Origin: Myxococcota bacterium
GTDB taxonomy: Bacteria > Myxococcota_A > UBA796 > CAJQPC01
Assembly (NCBI GenBank): GCA_036229005.1
Contig: JAZAMN010000057.1
Location: forward strand, 32,198 to 96,197
DNA: 64,000 nucleotides
Direction of reading: 5' to 3'
Below the pieces are notes generated by a model. The model did no database searches, had not been told where the DNA came from, and saw only the letters and a list, made by a program, of their open reading frames with translations. A program made the position numbers and the translations under genes. Shown in pieces: positions 40,365 through 50,415 of this stretch; positions within the stretch are counted from its first letter, which is position 1, and each line of letters starts with the position of its first letter.

Positions 40365-41147
40365 CTATCTGCCGAGGATGTCCAGCAGCGCGTCCGCGAA
40401 GGCGTCCGGAGACTCGCGGTGCATGAAGTGTCCGCCCTTCAAGGTGATCACCTGGTAGCCGGCCGGGAAGGCCTCGGGGGGGAGCTTGGAGAGGTCCTCC
40501 GGCGGGAGCAGGTCCAAGGTCCCCGCGAAGCTCCAGGTGGGCGTGGAGATGGGGGCGGTCAGCCAGTCGGTGTCCTCGTCGGCGGCCGCAGCTCGGTAGT
40601 AGCCCAGGGCATTCTCCGGCCCAAGCGGTGCGGCGAAGCAGTTCTTGGCAGACTCCAGCTCCTCCACCCCGTAATCCCACTCGGGAGACCACCGCGAGGT
40701 GTACTTGCCCACGCCCTGGAAGTCGTCGCGAGCGAAGCACGCCGGAGCCCGCCTCTGAACCAGCCCCACAAAGTGCCGGCCGCGCCAGTAGTCTCCCCCC
40801 GCGGGCTCCCAGTAGCCGGGGTGCGGGATCGCCAGCGTCACCAGGGTGTCCAGCCGGTCGGGCTCCTGGATGGCCGCGCTGTAGGCCGCCAGAGCGCCCC
40901 AGTCGTGGCCGACCACGTGGACCCCCTGCCCTTGGTCGAGCAGCTCCACCAGCCCCAGGACGTCCTGGCCCAGGGTCTCCGCGCCGTAGTCGTCGCCGCT
41001 GGGGGCCTGGCTTGGCGCATAGCCACGCAGCCACGGACGAACCACGCGGTAGCCCGCATCGACCAGGGTGGGGGTCACCGCGTCCCAGGTGTGGGGTGTG
41101 TCCGGGAAGCCGTGGATCAGGAGCGTCCCAGAACCACCGGCGCTCAG
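40365..41147 (-). CDS. Alpha/beta hydrolase (epoxide hydrolase-like); no clear start codon
   Basis: HGFPD, LRGYAPS, GHDWG nucleophile elbow, GGHFMHRESP. Homology starts right at the galU stop. Confidence 0.75.
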   Translation of the reverse strand: MSAGGSGTLLIHGFPDTPHTWDAVTPTLVDAGYRVVRPWLRGYAPSQAPSGDDYGAETLGQDVLGLVELLDQGQGVHVVGHDWGALAAYSAAIQEPDRLDTLVTLAIPHPGYWEPAGGDYWRGRHFVGLVQRRAPACFARDDFQGVGKYTSRWSPEWDYGVEELESAKNCFAAPLGPENALGYYRAAAADEDTDWLTAPISTPTWSFAGTLDLLPPEDLSKLPPEAFPAGYQVITLKGGHFMHRESPDAFADALLDILGR

Positions 41148-42016
41148 GGCTGCTGGAACTCCCGCAGGACTGCGCGCATGCCGTCGGCCAGGTCGGGGCG
41201 CTTGAGGGCGAAGTGGATGCTGGCGCGCATCAGCCCCAGGGTGTTGCCGGTGTCGAAGCGGTCGCCCTGGAACTCCAGGCCCCACGCCTGACCCCGTCCG
41301 GCGAGCACGGCCAGGGCGTCGGTGAGCTGGATCTCGCCGCCGCGGCCGCGGGGGGTGGTGTCCAGGATCTCCAGGATCTCGCCGGGCAGCACGTAGCGGC
41401 CGACGATGGAGTAGGTGCTGGGGGCGTCGGCGGGCTCGGGCTTCTCGACCATGCCCGAGACGTGCATGAGCCCGGGGCCGACCATCTGACCGTCGCAGAT
41501 GCCGTAGCGGTTGGTCTGCTCGCGGGGGACGTCCATGAGCGCGACCACGCAGCCGCCGCGCTCGCGCTGGACCTCCAGGAGCTGACCGATCGCGGGGGTC
41601 TCGGCGTCGATGATGTCGTCGCCCAAGAGCACCGCGAAGTCCTCGTCTGGGCCGACGATGCCCTTGGCCTGGTGGACGGCGTGACCCAACCCCAGGCGTT
41701 GCACCTGCCGGACCGAGACCACCTTGGCCAGCTCGCCGACCCGCTTGACCTCCCGCAGATAGTCGAGCTTGCCGGCGGCTTCGAGCTGCGCCTCCAGGAA
41801 GAAGTCGCGGTGGAAGTAGTCCTCGATCGCGCCCTTGCCAGCGCCGGTGACGAAGATGAGCTCGTGCAGACCGGCCTCGACGGCCTCGGCGACGATGTAC
41901 TCCAGGCCCGGGCGGTCCACGACGGGGAGCATCTCCTTGGGCACGGACTTGGTGACCGGGAGGAAGCGGGTCCCCAGCCCGGCGACGGGCAGGACGGCCT
42001 TGGTGACGGCGGGCAT
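41144..42016 (-). CDS. galU: UTP--glucose-1-phosphate uridylyltransferase
   Basis: KAVLPVAGLGTRFLPVTKSVPKEMLPVVDRP, LGLGHAV, VEKP, GEIQLTDA. Confidence 0.95.
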   Translation of the reverse strand: MPAVTKAVLPVAGLGTRFLPVTKSVPKEMLPVVDRPGLEYIVAEAVEAGLHELIFVTGAGKGAIEDYFHRDFFLEAQLEAAGKLDYLREVKRVGELAKVVSVRQVQRLGLGHAVHQAKGIVGPDEDFAVLLGDDIIDAETPAIGQLLEVQRERGGCVVALMDVPREQTNRYGICDGQMVGPGLMHVSGMVEKPEPADAPSTYSIVGRYVLPGEILEILDTTPRGRGGEIQLTDALAVLAGRGQAWGLEFQGDRFDTGNTLGLMRASIHFALKRPDLADGMRAVLREFQQP

Positions 42017-42154
42017 TGTGACCTCTCAGTTGACGACACCATAGCTGTGGACGCTGGATGTCTCAAGGAGGCTCGCAGAAGTTCCGAGGACACCCGAGAA
42101 ACGCCAGGACTGGAGCGTGCCTGGGCCCCGGTGTGGAGCCCAGAGCGGCCTGCG

Positions 42155-42520
42155 TCAGGAGGCGTCGGCCTCGAGCTGGATCTCCAGGGTCTGGCCGTCG
42201 ACGTGGCAGCCGTCCTCGGTCATCTCGATGGTGAGGGTCTCCTCGGTCTCCAGGTGGCCCTCGGCGGAGGCGGTGATGACGAACTCGCCGGGCTGCTCCC
42301 AGCCGCAGACGTACTCGCCGACGACGTCGCCGATCTGGTCGCAGGACTCGGCCTCCCCGCCGTCGACGGCGTACTGGACGGGGCCGTCGATGGGCTCGCC
42401 GTCGGCGTCGAGCAGGGTGACGCTGAGCGAAGAGCGCAGGTCGTCGGTGCAGACGAGCCCGCCTCGGGCGCAGGCGGCGAGGGTGAGGGGCAAGAGGGCG
42501 GCGATCAGGGCGCGGTGCAT
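42155..42520 (-). CDS. Small lipoprotein (carboxypeptidase regulatory-like beta fold)
   Basis: Lipobox LAAC, YVCGWEQPGEFVITASAEG; paralogue of 43737-44111. Confidence 0.7.
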   Translation of the reverse strand: MHRALIAALLPLTLAACARGGLVCTDDLRSSLSVTLLDADGEPIDGPVQYAVDGGEAESCDQIGDVVGEYVCGWEQPGEFVITASAEGHLETEETLTIEMTEDGCHVDGQTLEIQLEADAS

Positions 42521-42679
42521 GGGGGGTCTCCGTTGGGTGCTCCGTAGCAGTGCAGTTGGCGTGCCAACAGGCGAGAAGGGCCTGCTGGTGGGGATCGTGC
42601 TCAGCCTGTCTTTGCGGGCGGGCGCAGTTCCACGACAGGGCTGTCGCGGATCTCAGCCCCGAGCGATAGGGACGAGCGC

Positions 42680-43555
42680 ATGTGGCAGATCCTGACCTCC
42701 TTGGCCCTCTGCGGAGAGCTGACGACCACCGAGCGCGCTGGACAGGCGGGCGCTGGCACCGCGAACCCCGGCGATCTGGCGGCGGGCCGGGACGTTCCGG
42801 CGGCGATGGTGCTGGACAGCGCCAAGTCCTCGCAGACGGACTTTGCTTGGAATGGCGGGTGGAACCTGGGGCTTGGCGCGATGGACAGCGAGACCAACGC
42901 GCTGGGTGCGGCGGTGGTCTACAGCCGGCGCTGGGCCGACGAGATGCCCGCAGCCGAGGACATGCCCGGCTGGGTCACGGTGGGCGAGGACGAGAACCGG
43001 GTACGGGAGAACGCGACGCGGCTGTCCCTGGGCTACGGCTTCGGCGAGCAGGCGGTGGCGGGTCCGATGGGCGCTCGGCGGGTTCGGCGGGCGGGGCTGG
43101 GGGCCTCGGTGATCTACGAGCACAACAGCAGCGATCTGCTGGGCAGCGAGGACCTCTACGAGCTGGACCTGTCCGCGGCGGCGCGCATCGGCCCCACGGC
43201 GGGCTTTGGCCACGACCTGACGGTGGCGGTGGCGGTGCGGGACCTGCTGCCGAACCAGGCCCGGCCGGTGAGCGGTCAGGCGGGGGTCTATTGGCGGCCG
43301 CTCCCGCCGATCTCGGTGTCGGCGGATGCGCTCTACGACCCGGATGCTGGGCGGACCTGGGGCGGCCGGGGCGGCGCACAGCTCCTGCTGAACCAGACGG
43401 TCTCCCTGACGGCCGGCTACGCAAACCAGGGCCAGCACCAGGTGGGGGCGGGCCTGGGAGCGCACGGCCAGGGCTTCAAGCTGCACGCCGCGGCGATGTG
43501 GACGCCGGCGACGCAGAGCTGGCTGTACACGGCGGGGCTGGTGACCCCGCTCTAG
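42680..43555 (+). CDS. Hypothetical outer-membrane beta-barrel-like protein
   Basis: Amphipathic beta strands throughout, with a C-terminal aromatic-containing strand. Confidence 0.55.
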   Translation: MWQILTSLALCGELTTTERAGQAGAGTANPGDLAAGRDVPAAMVLDSAKSSQTDFAWNGGWNLGLGAMDSETNALGAAVVYSRRWADEMPAAEDMPGWVTVGEDENRVRENATRLSLGYGFGEQAVAGPMGARRVRRAGLGASVIYEHNSSDLLGSEDLYELDLSAAARIGPTAGFGHDLTVAVAVRDLLPNQARPVSGQAGVYWRPLPPISVSADALYDPDAGRTWGGRGGAQLLLNQTVSLTAGYANQGQHQVGAGLGAHGQGFKLHAAAMWTPATQSWLYTAGLVTPL

Positions 43556-43565
43556 TTCTCCGAGT

Positions 43566-43731
43566 CACGCGTTCCGACACCCTTCGAGTGTCGGAACACG
43601 TGCTGCAGAGAACTGTTGCCTTCTCCGGGGACACCCCCGGAAATGCGCCTGGCGGCGCAACCCCCGCGGGTCCACTTGGACCCGGGTTCTGCCGGACGGT
43701 CTACAGGCTTGTCAATTCGGACCGGCAGAAC
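43566..43731. other. Highly structured intergenic segment (candidate ncRNA or palindromic element)
   Basis: Consecutive hairpins: gttccgacac/gtgtcggaac, tccgggg/ccccgga, cgggtcca/tggacccg, ttctgccgg/ccggcagaa. Confidence 0.45.
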
Positions 43732-43736
43732 CAGGG

Positions 43737-44111
43737 CTACTCGGCCTCGAGCTGCAGCTCGACGGACTCGGTGATGGGCATGCACTGGCCGCGGTACTCC
43801 TCGTCCAGGGCGACCTCGACCTCCTGCTCCTGGGTCACGTAGCCGTCGGCGCTGGCGCGCACCGCGTAGCTGCCGGTGTGCTCCCGGCCGCAGATGTAGG
43901 CGCCGAGGGTGTCGCCGTCCTCTTCGCAGGCTTCCCATCCGTCGGGGTCGATGTCGGGGCGGCTGTACTCCACGACGGCATCCATGGGCTCACCGTCGGG
44001 GTCCAGGACCTGTACCTCCACCGCAGGAGCCTCCATGCAGTCGACGTCCTGGCAGGCCACGAGGGCGAGCAGCGCGAGGGGGGCGAGGGCGAGCAGACGA
44101 CGGGCGGTCAT
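43737..44111 (-). CDS. Small lipoprotein, paralogue of 42155-42520
   Basis: Lipobox LVAC; VLDPDGEP..YICGREHTGSYAVRASADG. Confidence 0.7.
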   Translation of the reverse strand: MTARRLLALAPLALLALVACQDVDCMEAPAVEVQVLDPDGEPMDAVVEYSRPDIDPDGWEACEEDGDTLGAYICGREHTGSYAVRASADGYVTQEQEVEVALDEEYRGQCMPITESVELQLEAE

Positions 44112-44285
44112 TGGGGTCTCCATGTGTGCACTCAGGAGAACCCGCAGGCGCCGGGGTGGCGACGGCGAAGATGTGACCCTGTGTGACGGCGGGCTCAGGG
44201 CTGAGCCGGCAGGCACCGGGTTGGGTTGGGCCTGAATGGAGCCGGGCTTGGGGCTTGGGTTGGCCTGAAGGCCCCTCTGAACCCT

Positions 44286-44511
44286 GGCTACGGGGTGTCA
44301 ATGAGCGCTGTTCTGAGGCTACGCCCCACCGGTGAGCGCTGGAGCGACCGATCTGGGCTGGGAGCGCGCCTGATGGCCCTTTTCCGGGCGATTTTGGGCA
44401 CTTTTGGGGGGTCTGGGAGGGGAAAAGCGCTCACCGGTCAGGCGTAGCCTCAGCGCGTCGCTCATTCAGCCCCGGTAGCCAGGGGTGGGCGCTCACTGGG
44501 AGCGCTTAGCC
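44286..44511. repeat. 31-bp-phased inverted array element, family C, copy 1
   Basis: GGCTACG-N9-TGAGCG at 44286/44317; inverted at 44428/44459/44490; 89-bp centre. Confidence 0.85.
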
Positions 44512-46475
44512 CCACCCACTCGCTCCTCGAGCGCCCGCCGCTGCGTGCTCAACAACCCCTCCCCCAGGGAGTCCAGGGCCGCCTGCTGCCGAACCTTCCA
44601 GGGCTCACCGCCGGGCATCTGGGCCAGCACGGCGCAGGCCAAGGCCTGCTCCGGGCACCGGCGCATCGCCATCTCCTCCACCAGCGAGGTGCGGCGGTCC
44701 AGCCCCGCACGCAGCAGCGCCAGCGCCCGAAGCTGCGCGAGCGCCGGGGGCAGCGCATGGGGGACCCGCGCGACCAGCGCTGCCACGTGCGCAGGATCGG
44801 AGCTCCACATCGCCAGCTCCAGGGTGGCCTCGGTGACCACGGAGACCTCACCGACCTCAGCGAGCCGGTCCAGGGCCTCCTGGGCCTCCGACAGGGGGAG
44901 CGCCCCCCCCTCCAGCAGGCTGCAGGCCCGGTTGAACGCCGAGCGAAGGGCCATGTGCGGGCGGCCCGTGGCCCGGTGGACCTCGACCGCGCGCCCAAAG
45001 GCCTCGGCGGCCTCCTCCCAGCGCCCGCAGGCGCGCTCCACCTCGGCGCGGGTGTCCCAGGCATAGGCCAGTCGCGCGCCGGGATGCTCCAGCCCGCGCG
45101 CCAGGTTCAGCGCCTCGCTGGCCTCGCGGCGGGCCTGGCCCAGCTCCCCCTGGCGGCGCAGACAGTGACTCCGGTTGGCCCGCGCCAGCGACTCCCAGTC
45201 CGCGCGCCCCAGCTCACCGAACAGCAGCGCCGCCTCTCCAAAGCGCTTGCCCGCAGCTTCGACCCGCCCCAGTCGCTGCAGATCTCCACCCAGGTTGTTC
45301 AGCGCCGCGGCCGACGCCAGCAGCTCACCCTGCTCCCGGGCCAGACGAAGCGCCTCCCGGTGATGCTCCACCGCAGACTCCAGCGCCCCTCGCTTGCCCG
45401 CGATCGCCCCCAGCGTGGCGTGCGCGATGCGGCGCGCCCACGGGTCGCCCGTGCGGGAGGCCTCCTCCAGGTGGGGCTCCGCCTCCTGCAGCGCACCGCT
45501 CAAGAACAGCACCTGCCCCAGCACCGGCTGGACCAGCGCCACCAGGGTCTCCAGTCCGTGCTCCCGCGCCGTGCGCAGCGCCTCTTCGGCGGCGTCCTGG
45601 GCCTCGTCGAAGGCCCCCCGGGTCAGGCAGGCCTTGCCTCGGCCCAGAGCCGCCAGACACACCGCCTCTGGGTCCTGCGTCCGCAGCGCCAAGCCCTCGA
45701 GCCAAGCCTGCCCCGCGTCGGGATCGGCCTCCGCCCAGGCCAGCGCCAGGCGCCGCCGAAGCCCCAGGCTCGCCGCAGCCTGCGCAGCCAGCGAGAGGCG
45801 CCCCGCCTTCTCCCAGGCCAGCGCCGCGCAGTCCCCCTGACCCGCCGCCTCCCAGAGGGCCGCCGCGGAAGCCGGATCACTCTGCTCCCAGGCCCGAGCC
45901 ACCCGCGCCTGCAGCCCCGCGAGCTCCAGCGGGCGGAGGGTCACCGCCGGGAGCTCCTGCTCCAGCGCCGCCCCGAGCGCAGCCGGGTCGCACTCCAGGA
46001 CCCGGGCGAGCACCTCCAGCGGGGGCTCACACACCTCCAGGATCCGGGCCAGACGCCGCCGGAGATCCTGCGTCTGCTCCTGCCGAAGCAGCGAGTCCAG
46101 CCGGAGTTCATGCCGGGAGAGCAGATCGTCCATCGCGACGGTCGTGCCCAGCAGCTCCTCGCAGAAGGGCAGATCTGTGCCGGTGTCCGAGGGCTCCGGG
46201 GGCAAGATGGTGGGGTCGATCACCTGGAGGTGGGCCTCACTCACCTCGAGCCAAGACTCCGATCCCGCGAGCTGCCGGAGCTGGTAGATGGCTTGCCGCA
46301 GGTTGCGCAGCCGACCGGGACCCCAGAGCAGCTCGGCGAGCTCCTCCCGGCGCATGGGGCGGGCCTCCAGCGCCAGCGCGACCAGCAGACAGCGGGCCTT
46401 GTGGGAGCGGAGCTGCAGCGCGTGCTCCCCCCAGGCGAGCTGGAGGGGGCCGTGGAGGACCAGGGTGAGGGACAT
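44493..46475 (-). CDS. SARP/AfsR-like wHTH-TPR transcriptional regulator
   Basis: LHGPLQL..KARCLLVALAL..REELAELLW..NLRQAIYQLR followed by MalT-like TPRs (AAALNNLG). Confidence 0.8.
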   Translation of the reverse strand: MSLTLVLHGPLQLAWGEHALQLRSHKARCLLVALALEARPMRREELAELLWGPGRLRNLRQAIYQLRQLAGSESWLEVSEAHLQVIDPTILPPEPSDTGTDLPFCEELLGTTVAMDDLLSRHELRLDSLLRQEQTQDLRRRLARILEVCEPPLEVLARVLECDPAALGAALEQELPAVTLRPLELAGLQARVARAWEQSDPASAAALWEAAGQGDCAALAWEKAGRLSLAAQAAASLGLRRRLALAWAEADPDAGQAWLEGLALRTQDPEAVCLAALGRGKACLTRGAFDEAQDAAEEALRTAREHGLETLVALVQPVLGQVLFLSGALQEAEPHLEEASRTGDPWARRIAHATLGAIAGKRGALESAVEHHREALRLAREQGELLASAAALNNLGGDLQRLGRVEAAGKRFGEAALLFGELGRADWESLARANRSHCLRRQGELGQARREASEALNLARGLEHPGARLAYAWDTRAEVERACGRWEEAAEAFGRAVEVHRATGRPHMALRSAFNRACSLLEGGALPLSEAQEALDRLAEVGEVSVVTEATLELAMWSSDPAHVAALVARVPHALPPALAQLRALALLRAGLDRRTSLVEEMAMRRCPEQALACAVLAQMPGGEPWKVRQQAALDSLGEGLLSTQRRALEERVGGAKRSQ

Positions 46476-46537
46476 GCCCCCAACCTCTAGCGCGAGGCGG
46501 GGGCGGGCGCCGCTTCACCCACTTTCGGGCGAGACTT

Positions 46538-47728
46538 TCAGTCGCGGGCGTCCAGCAGATCGCCGCCCGCGTTGTCCGCGTAGGTGACGTTCACCGGGGT
46601 GAAGCTCACCTCGCCCAGGTCGTCGTCCAGCAGCACGCCCACGTCGGCGCTGCCGGCGATCAGCACGTTCTCGGCGCTCAGCGAGGCCTTGCCGTAGCCC
46701 AGGGTCAGGTTGGCGCCGCGCTCCTCCCAGGTCCAGGGGGCGTCGCCGCCGTTCCGGATCTCGACGTTCTCAAAGTGGTTGGAGGGGGTGCTGGTGGAGA
46801 TGCACACGCCCGACCACGCGCCAGCGACGTCGAGCACGCCGCGGAGCAGGATGGGGGCGTCCTGGGTGCCGTTGAGGGCCAGGCTGCCGGTGGTGTCGCC
46901 GTAGTCGGCGGTGGACAGGCCGGTGTTCTCGGGGAAGCGCAGCTCCATGCCCGGGCCGACGCTCAGGGCGGACTTGGCGACCACGCTGCTCTGGAAGACC
47001 AGGGGCACCGGGATGTCGGACCAGTCGTGCTCGCCCTCCAGGTCCTTGTTGGAGTTGGAGATGTAGACCTCGACGCCGGGGCTTCCGACCTCGGTCGCGG
47101 CGTAGCCGTCGAAGTCGATCCCGCTCACAAAGTGGCCCTCCGTCACGATGGAGGCGCCCTCCAGGCCGCTGAACGCCAGGCCCGGGCCGAACTCGCCGGG
47201 GTTCCGGTCGGCGTGCCCGTAGATGCCCAGGCCGATGCCGCCGCCGTTGCGGATCTCCAGGTTCTGGTAGGCGCCGTCGCTGTCCCCCCAGAGCACCAGC
47301 GAGGCCGCGTCGTCAAAGTAGATCATCGCGCCATCGCCCGCGCCGTCGATCACCGCGTGGCTGAACTCGGTCAGGCTGCTGGGGGCGTCGTTCTGGATGC
47401 CCTTCCAGGTGGGGCGGTCGGGGTTGGTGCCCTGGAGCACCACCGGCAGCTCTTCCGTGCCCGCCGCGATCAGCGCGCCGTCAAAGCCGATGAACACCGT
47501 CGCGCCGTCGGGGATCTCCACGGTGACGCCGGGCTCCAGGGTGACGCTGCCGTCCCAGATCTCCCAGCTATCGCAGCCCTCCTCCAGCACGTAGTCCACG
47601 CCATCGCCCAGGTCGGGGTAGGTGACATCGGCCTCGGGGGAGCAGGCGATCACGCCCTCGGGGCCGTCATCAACGACCACACAGGCGGACAGGGACAGGA
47701 GAGCAGACAGGGCAAGCAACGAGCGCAT
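46538..47728 (-). CDS. Lipoprotein with beta-helix repeats
   Basis: RBS GGAGG, lipobox LSAC, duplicated LxAxGTxxxPV/I..WxG motifs. Confidence 0.75.
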   Translation of the reverse strand: MRSLLALSALLSLSACVVVDDGPEGVIACSPEADVTYPDLGDGVDYVLEEGCDSWEIWDGSVTLEPGVTVEIPDGATVFIGFDGALIAAGTEELPVVLQGTNPDRPTWKGIQNDAPSSLTEFSHAVIDGAGDGAMIYFDDAASLVLWGDSDGAYQNLEIRNGGGIGLGIYGHADRNPGEFGPGLAFSGLEGASIVTEGHFVSGIDFDGYAATEVGSPGVEVYISNSNKDLEGEHDWSDIPVPLVFQSSVVAKSALSVGPGMELRFPENTGLSTADYGDTTGSLALNGTQDAPILLRGVLDVAGAWSGVCISTSTPSNHFENVEIRNGGDAPWTWEERGANLTLGYGKASLSAENVLIAGSADVGVLLDDDLGEVSFTPVNVTYADNAGGDLLDARD

Positions 47729-47813
47729 GGGAACCTCCGTTGGGGTGCTCCCAGCTTCATCCGCTGGCGTCAACGGAGCGTCATTGCAGAAATGACGGGC
47801 CCGCCGAGCAATA

Positions 47814-47855
47814 ATGTTTCCCCTCGCAACATATTAAAGTTGCACACCGCATCAT
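47814..47855. promoter_or_regulatory. Tandem palindromic operator pair upstream of the NAD salvage operon
   Basis: ATGTTTC-N5-GCAACAT and AAGTTGC-N5-GCATCAT, 23 bp apart, in an AT-rich patch. Confidence 0.6.
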
Positions 47856-47865
47856 TGGAGGCCTC

Positions 47866-49365
47866 GTGGACCTGATCGCCCTGGCACCCGCCCGCCCCTC
47901 GGCCCTGTGGACCGACCGCTACAAGCTGCTGATGGCCGAAGCCGGCTTCGCGATCCGCCCCGAGCGCTTTGTCCTCAGCTTCCGCCGCGGCGGCCCCACC
48001 TACGTCCCCCTGGACCTCGCCGCCTGGGTCCAGGCCCTGCGCCCAACGCCCCCCACCGCCGCCGAACTGGACTGGGTCGCCACCGAGAACGGCCTCCCAA
48101 TGGGCCCGGGCTACCGGCACGCGCTGCAGAAGGGGGAGCTGGAGGTGAGCTCTGCGCCCGCCGGGAGCTGGGTGGCCCAACACGAACCCCTCTGTGTGGT
48201 CTCGGGCCCCTCGGCGCTCGTGTCCACCGTCGAGGCCACCCTGATCGGAACCACCGCCTTCCTCCTGCAGGTCGCCACCCTGGGCAAGAAGGCCGTCATG
48301 GGCCTGCTCTCGCGGGAGGATCTACAGCGCCGCCTGGGCCGCGTGAGCTGCGACCAGGAGCGGGAGATCGTGGGCACCGTCCTGGAGTCCGTGGGCGCCC
48401 CCGCTGTGAAGATCCAGGTCGAATCCGAGGCCTACCAGGAGTCCGTGGCCGCCCGCGCCCACACCCTGGTTCAGCAGGTCGAGGGCGGCCGCATCGCCGA
48501 GGGGGGCCTGCGCTCCGCGACCTGCCCCGAGCAGCACCGCCTGGCCGTCGAGGCGGCCGCTCAGGGTGGCATCAGGGCGACCTCCAACGTGCAACTGGCC
48601 CGGGAGCTCGGGCTGCGCGCGGTCGGCACCACCGGCCACGAGCACTGCCAGCGGCACTTCTCCGACCTGGCCGCCTTCGAGGCCGCCGCCGACCGCATCC
48701 CCGGAGACGTCACGCTGCTGCTGGACACCTACGACACCCTCAGCAGCGGCATCCCCCGTGCCCTGGAGGTGATGGAGCGCTGGCGCGGCCGCACCCTGAG
48801 CGCCCGCCCCGACAACGAGTCCACCCAGGAGCGCGACGTGCGCGCGATGGTCCAGGGCATGGCCGAGCGCGGCCTGGACGGCGGGATCGCCCTGTCCGGG
48901 GGCTTCGACGCCGAGCGCACCGCCCGCTTCGAGGCCCTGCGCCGCGAGCTGGGCCGCCCGGCCCACAGCTTCTCCTACCTCTACGGCAGCCACCTGGTGC
49001 GCACGCACATCCCCGAGCTGCCCACGCGCTCCGACGCCAGCGCGGTCTTCAAGCTCTGCGAGAGCGCGGGCCGCCCCACCATGAAGCTCTCCTCGCTGGC
49101 CGGCGGGGCCCCCGGCCCCAAGTCCTCCAAGCCCGGCCGGCCCACGATCTTCCGCGCCCAGGTGCTGGACGGCAGCCGCCCCCCCAGCCTGATCGGCCAG
49201 CACGGCGAGACCCCACCCGCCGGCTACGCGCCCCTCCAGGCCCGCGAGCTGAGCGCCGCCGAGCTGCAGGTGCTCGCCCAGGGGTCCCAGGACAGCGCCA
49301 GGACGACCTCGCTGGTGAAGAGGTGTCTGTCCGAGCGCGCAGCGTCCATCCAAGCTCAAGGTTGA
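47866..49365 (+). CDS. Divergent nicotinate phosphoribosyltransferase (PncB-like)
   Basis: WTDRYKLLM, ATSNV, GTTGHE, LLDTYDT, RPD, AVFKL..PTMKLS..KSSKPG. Confidence 0.8.
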   Translation: MDLIALAPARPSALWTDRYKLLMAEAGFAIRPERFVLSFRRGGPTYVPLDLAAWVQALRPTPPTAAELDWVATENGLPMGPGYRHALQKGELEVSSAPAGSWVAQHEPLCVVSGPSALVSTVEATLIGTTAFLLQVATLGKKAVMGLLSREDLQRRLGRVSCDQEREIVGTVLESVGAPAVKIQVESEAYQESVAARAHTLVQQVEGGRIAEGGLRSATCPEQHRLAVEAAAQGGIRATSNVQLARELGLRAVGTTGHEHCQRHFSDLAAFEAAADRIPGDVTLLLDTYDTLSSGIPRALEVMERWRGRTLSARPDNESTQERDVRAMVQGMAERGLDGGIALSGGFDAERTARFEALRRELGRPAHSFSYLYGSHLVRTHIPELPTRSDASAVFKLCESAGRPTMKLSSLAGGAPGPKSSKPGRPTIFRAQVLDGSRPPSLIGQHGETPPAGYAPLQARELSAAELQVLAQGSQDSARTTSLVKRCLSERAASIQAQG

Positions 49366-49368
49366 ACC

Positions 49369-50415
49369 ATGATCCTCCCCGACTTCATCCAGCCCTTCCT
49401 CTCCCGACCTGAGCTCGGCGGCGCCCTCTACGCCACCCGAGAGGAGGCCGTCGCCGCACAGGCCCGCGCCCACCGCGACGCCCACGGGATCCGCCCTGCC
49501 AGCAGCGACCGGGAGCGCGTGATCGCCGTCCCCATCGACGTGCAGGTGGGCTTCTGCATGGACCCGGCCTTCGCGCCTCCGCTGCCCTTCCCCACCGGCG
49601 GCGGCAGCCTGCACGTGCCCAGCTCCGGCGCCGACACCACCCGCGCGGCCGCCTTCATGCTGCGCAACCTGGAGCGCATCACCGCGATCCGCCCCAGCCT
49701 GGACACGCACCGGGTGCACCAGGTCTTCCACGCGGACTTCTGGCGGGACGAGACCGGCGCGCCCCCGCCGCCCTTCACGGTCATGGAGGTCCAAGGTGAA
49801 TCCGTGCTCGGCCGCCTGCCCGACGGCTCGGCCCGCCCCTTCGCCGCCCGCCTGGACCCCGCCCTGGGCCTGGCCTACTGCCGCGCGCTGGCCGAGCAGG
49901 GCGCCGCCCCCCTGAGCATCTGGCCCTACCACTGCCGCCTGGGCTCCACCCACCACGCCCTGATGCCCCTGCTCAGCGAGCTCCAGCTCTTCTGGGCCAT
50001 CGCCCGCCAGGCCGCCGACCCCGTGGACCTCAAGGGCCAGCAGACCTGGACCGAGTCCTACGGCATCGTCGGCGACGAGGTCGAGTCCCTGGCCGGCCAG
50101 CGCGTCGGGGACAGCGAGCGCCCCGGCTACATCAACGCCCTGCTGCACTACGACCGCGTCGTGCTCTTTGGGCAGGCCCTCTCCCACTGTGTGCGCGCCA
50201 CCGTCGACCAGATCGCCGCCGCCTTCACCGCCCGCGGCGCCGCCCTCTCCCGCCTGGTCTTACTCCAGGACTGCTGCAGCCCCGTCCCCGCCATCCCCGG
50301 CTTCGAGCAGGACCCCGACAGCCCCCTCAACTTCCCCGCGGTCGGCCGAGCCGCTCTGGACCGCTGGCGCGCGCAGGGCATCCAGGTCATCGACAGCACC
50401 CAGGACCTGCCGTGA
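49369..50415 (+). CDS. Nicotinamidase/isochorismatase-family cysteine hydrolase (PncA-like)
   Basis: IDVQVGFC, SLDTH, IWPYHC, K, GQALSHCV. Confidence 0.85.
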   Translation: MILPDFIQPFLSRPELGGALYATREEAVAAQARAHRDAHGIRPASSDRERVIAVPIDVQVGFCMDPAFAPPLPFPTGGGSLHVPSSGADTTRAAAFMLRNLERITAIRPSLDTHRVHQVFHADFWRDETGAPPPPFTVMEVQGESVLGRLPDGSARPFAARLDPALGLAYCRALAEQGAAPLSIWPYHCRLGSTHHALMPLLSELQLFWAIARQAADPVDLKGQQTWTESYGIVGDEVESLAGQRVGDSERPGYINALLHYDRVVLFGQALSHCVRATVDQIAAAFTARGAALSRLVLLQDCCSPVPAIPGFEQDPDSPLNFPAVGRAALDRWRAQGIQVIDSTQDLP

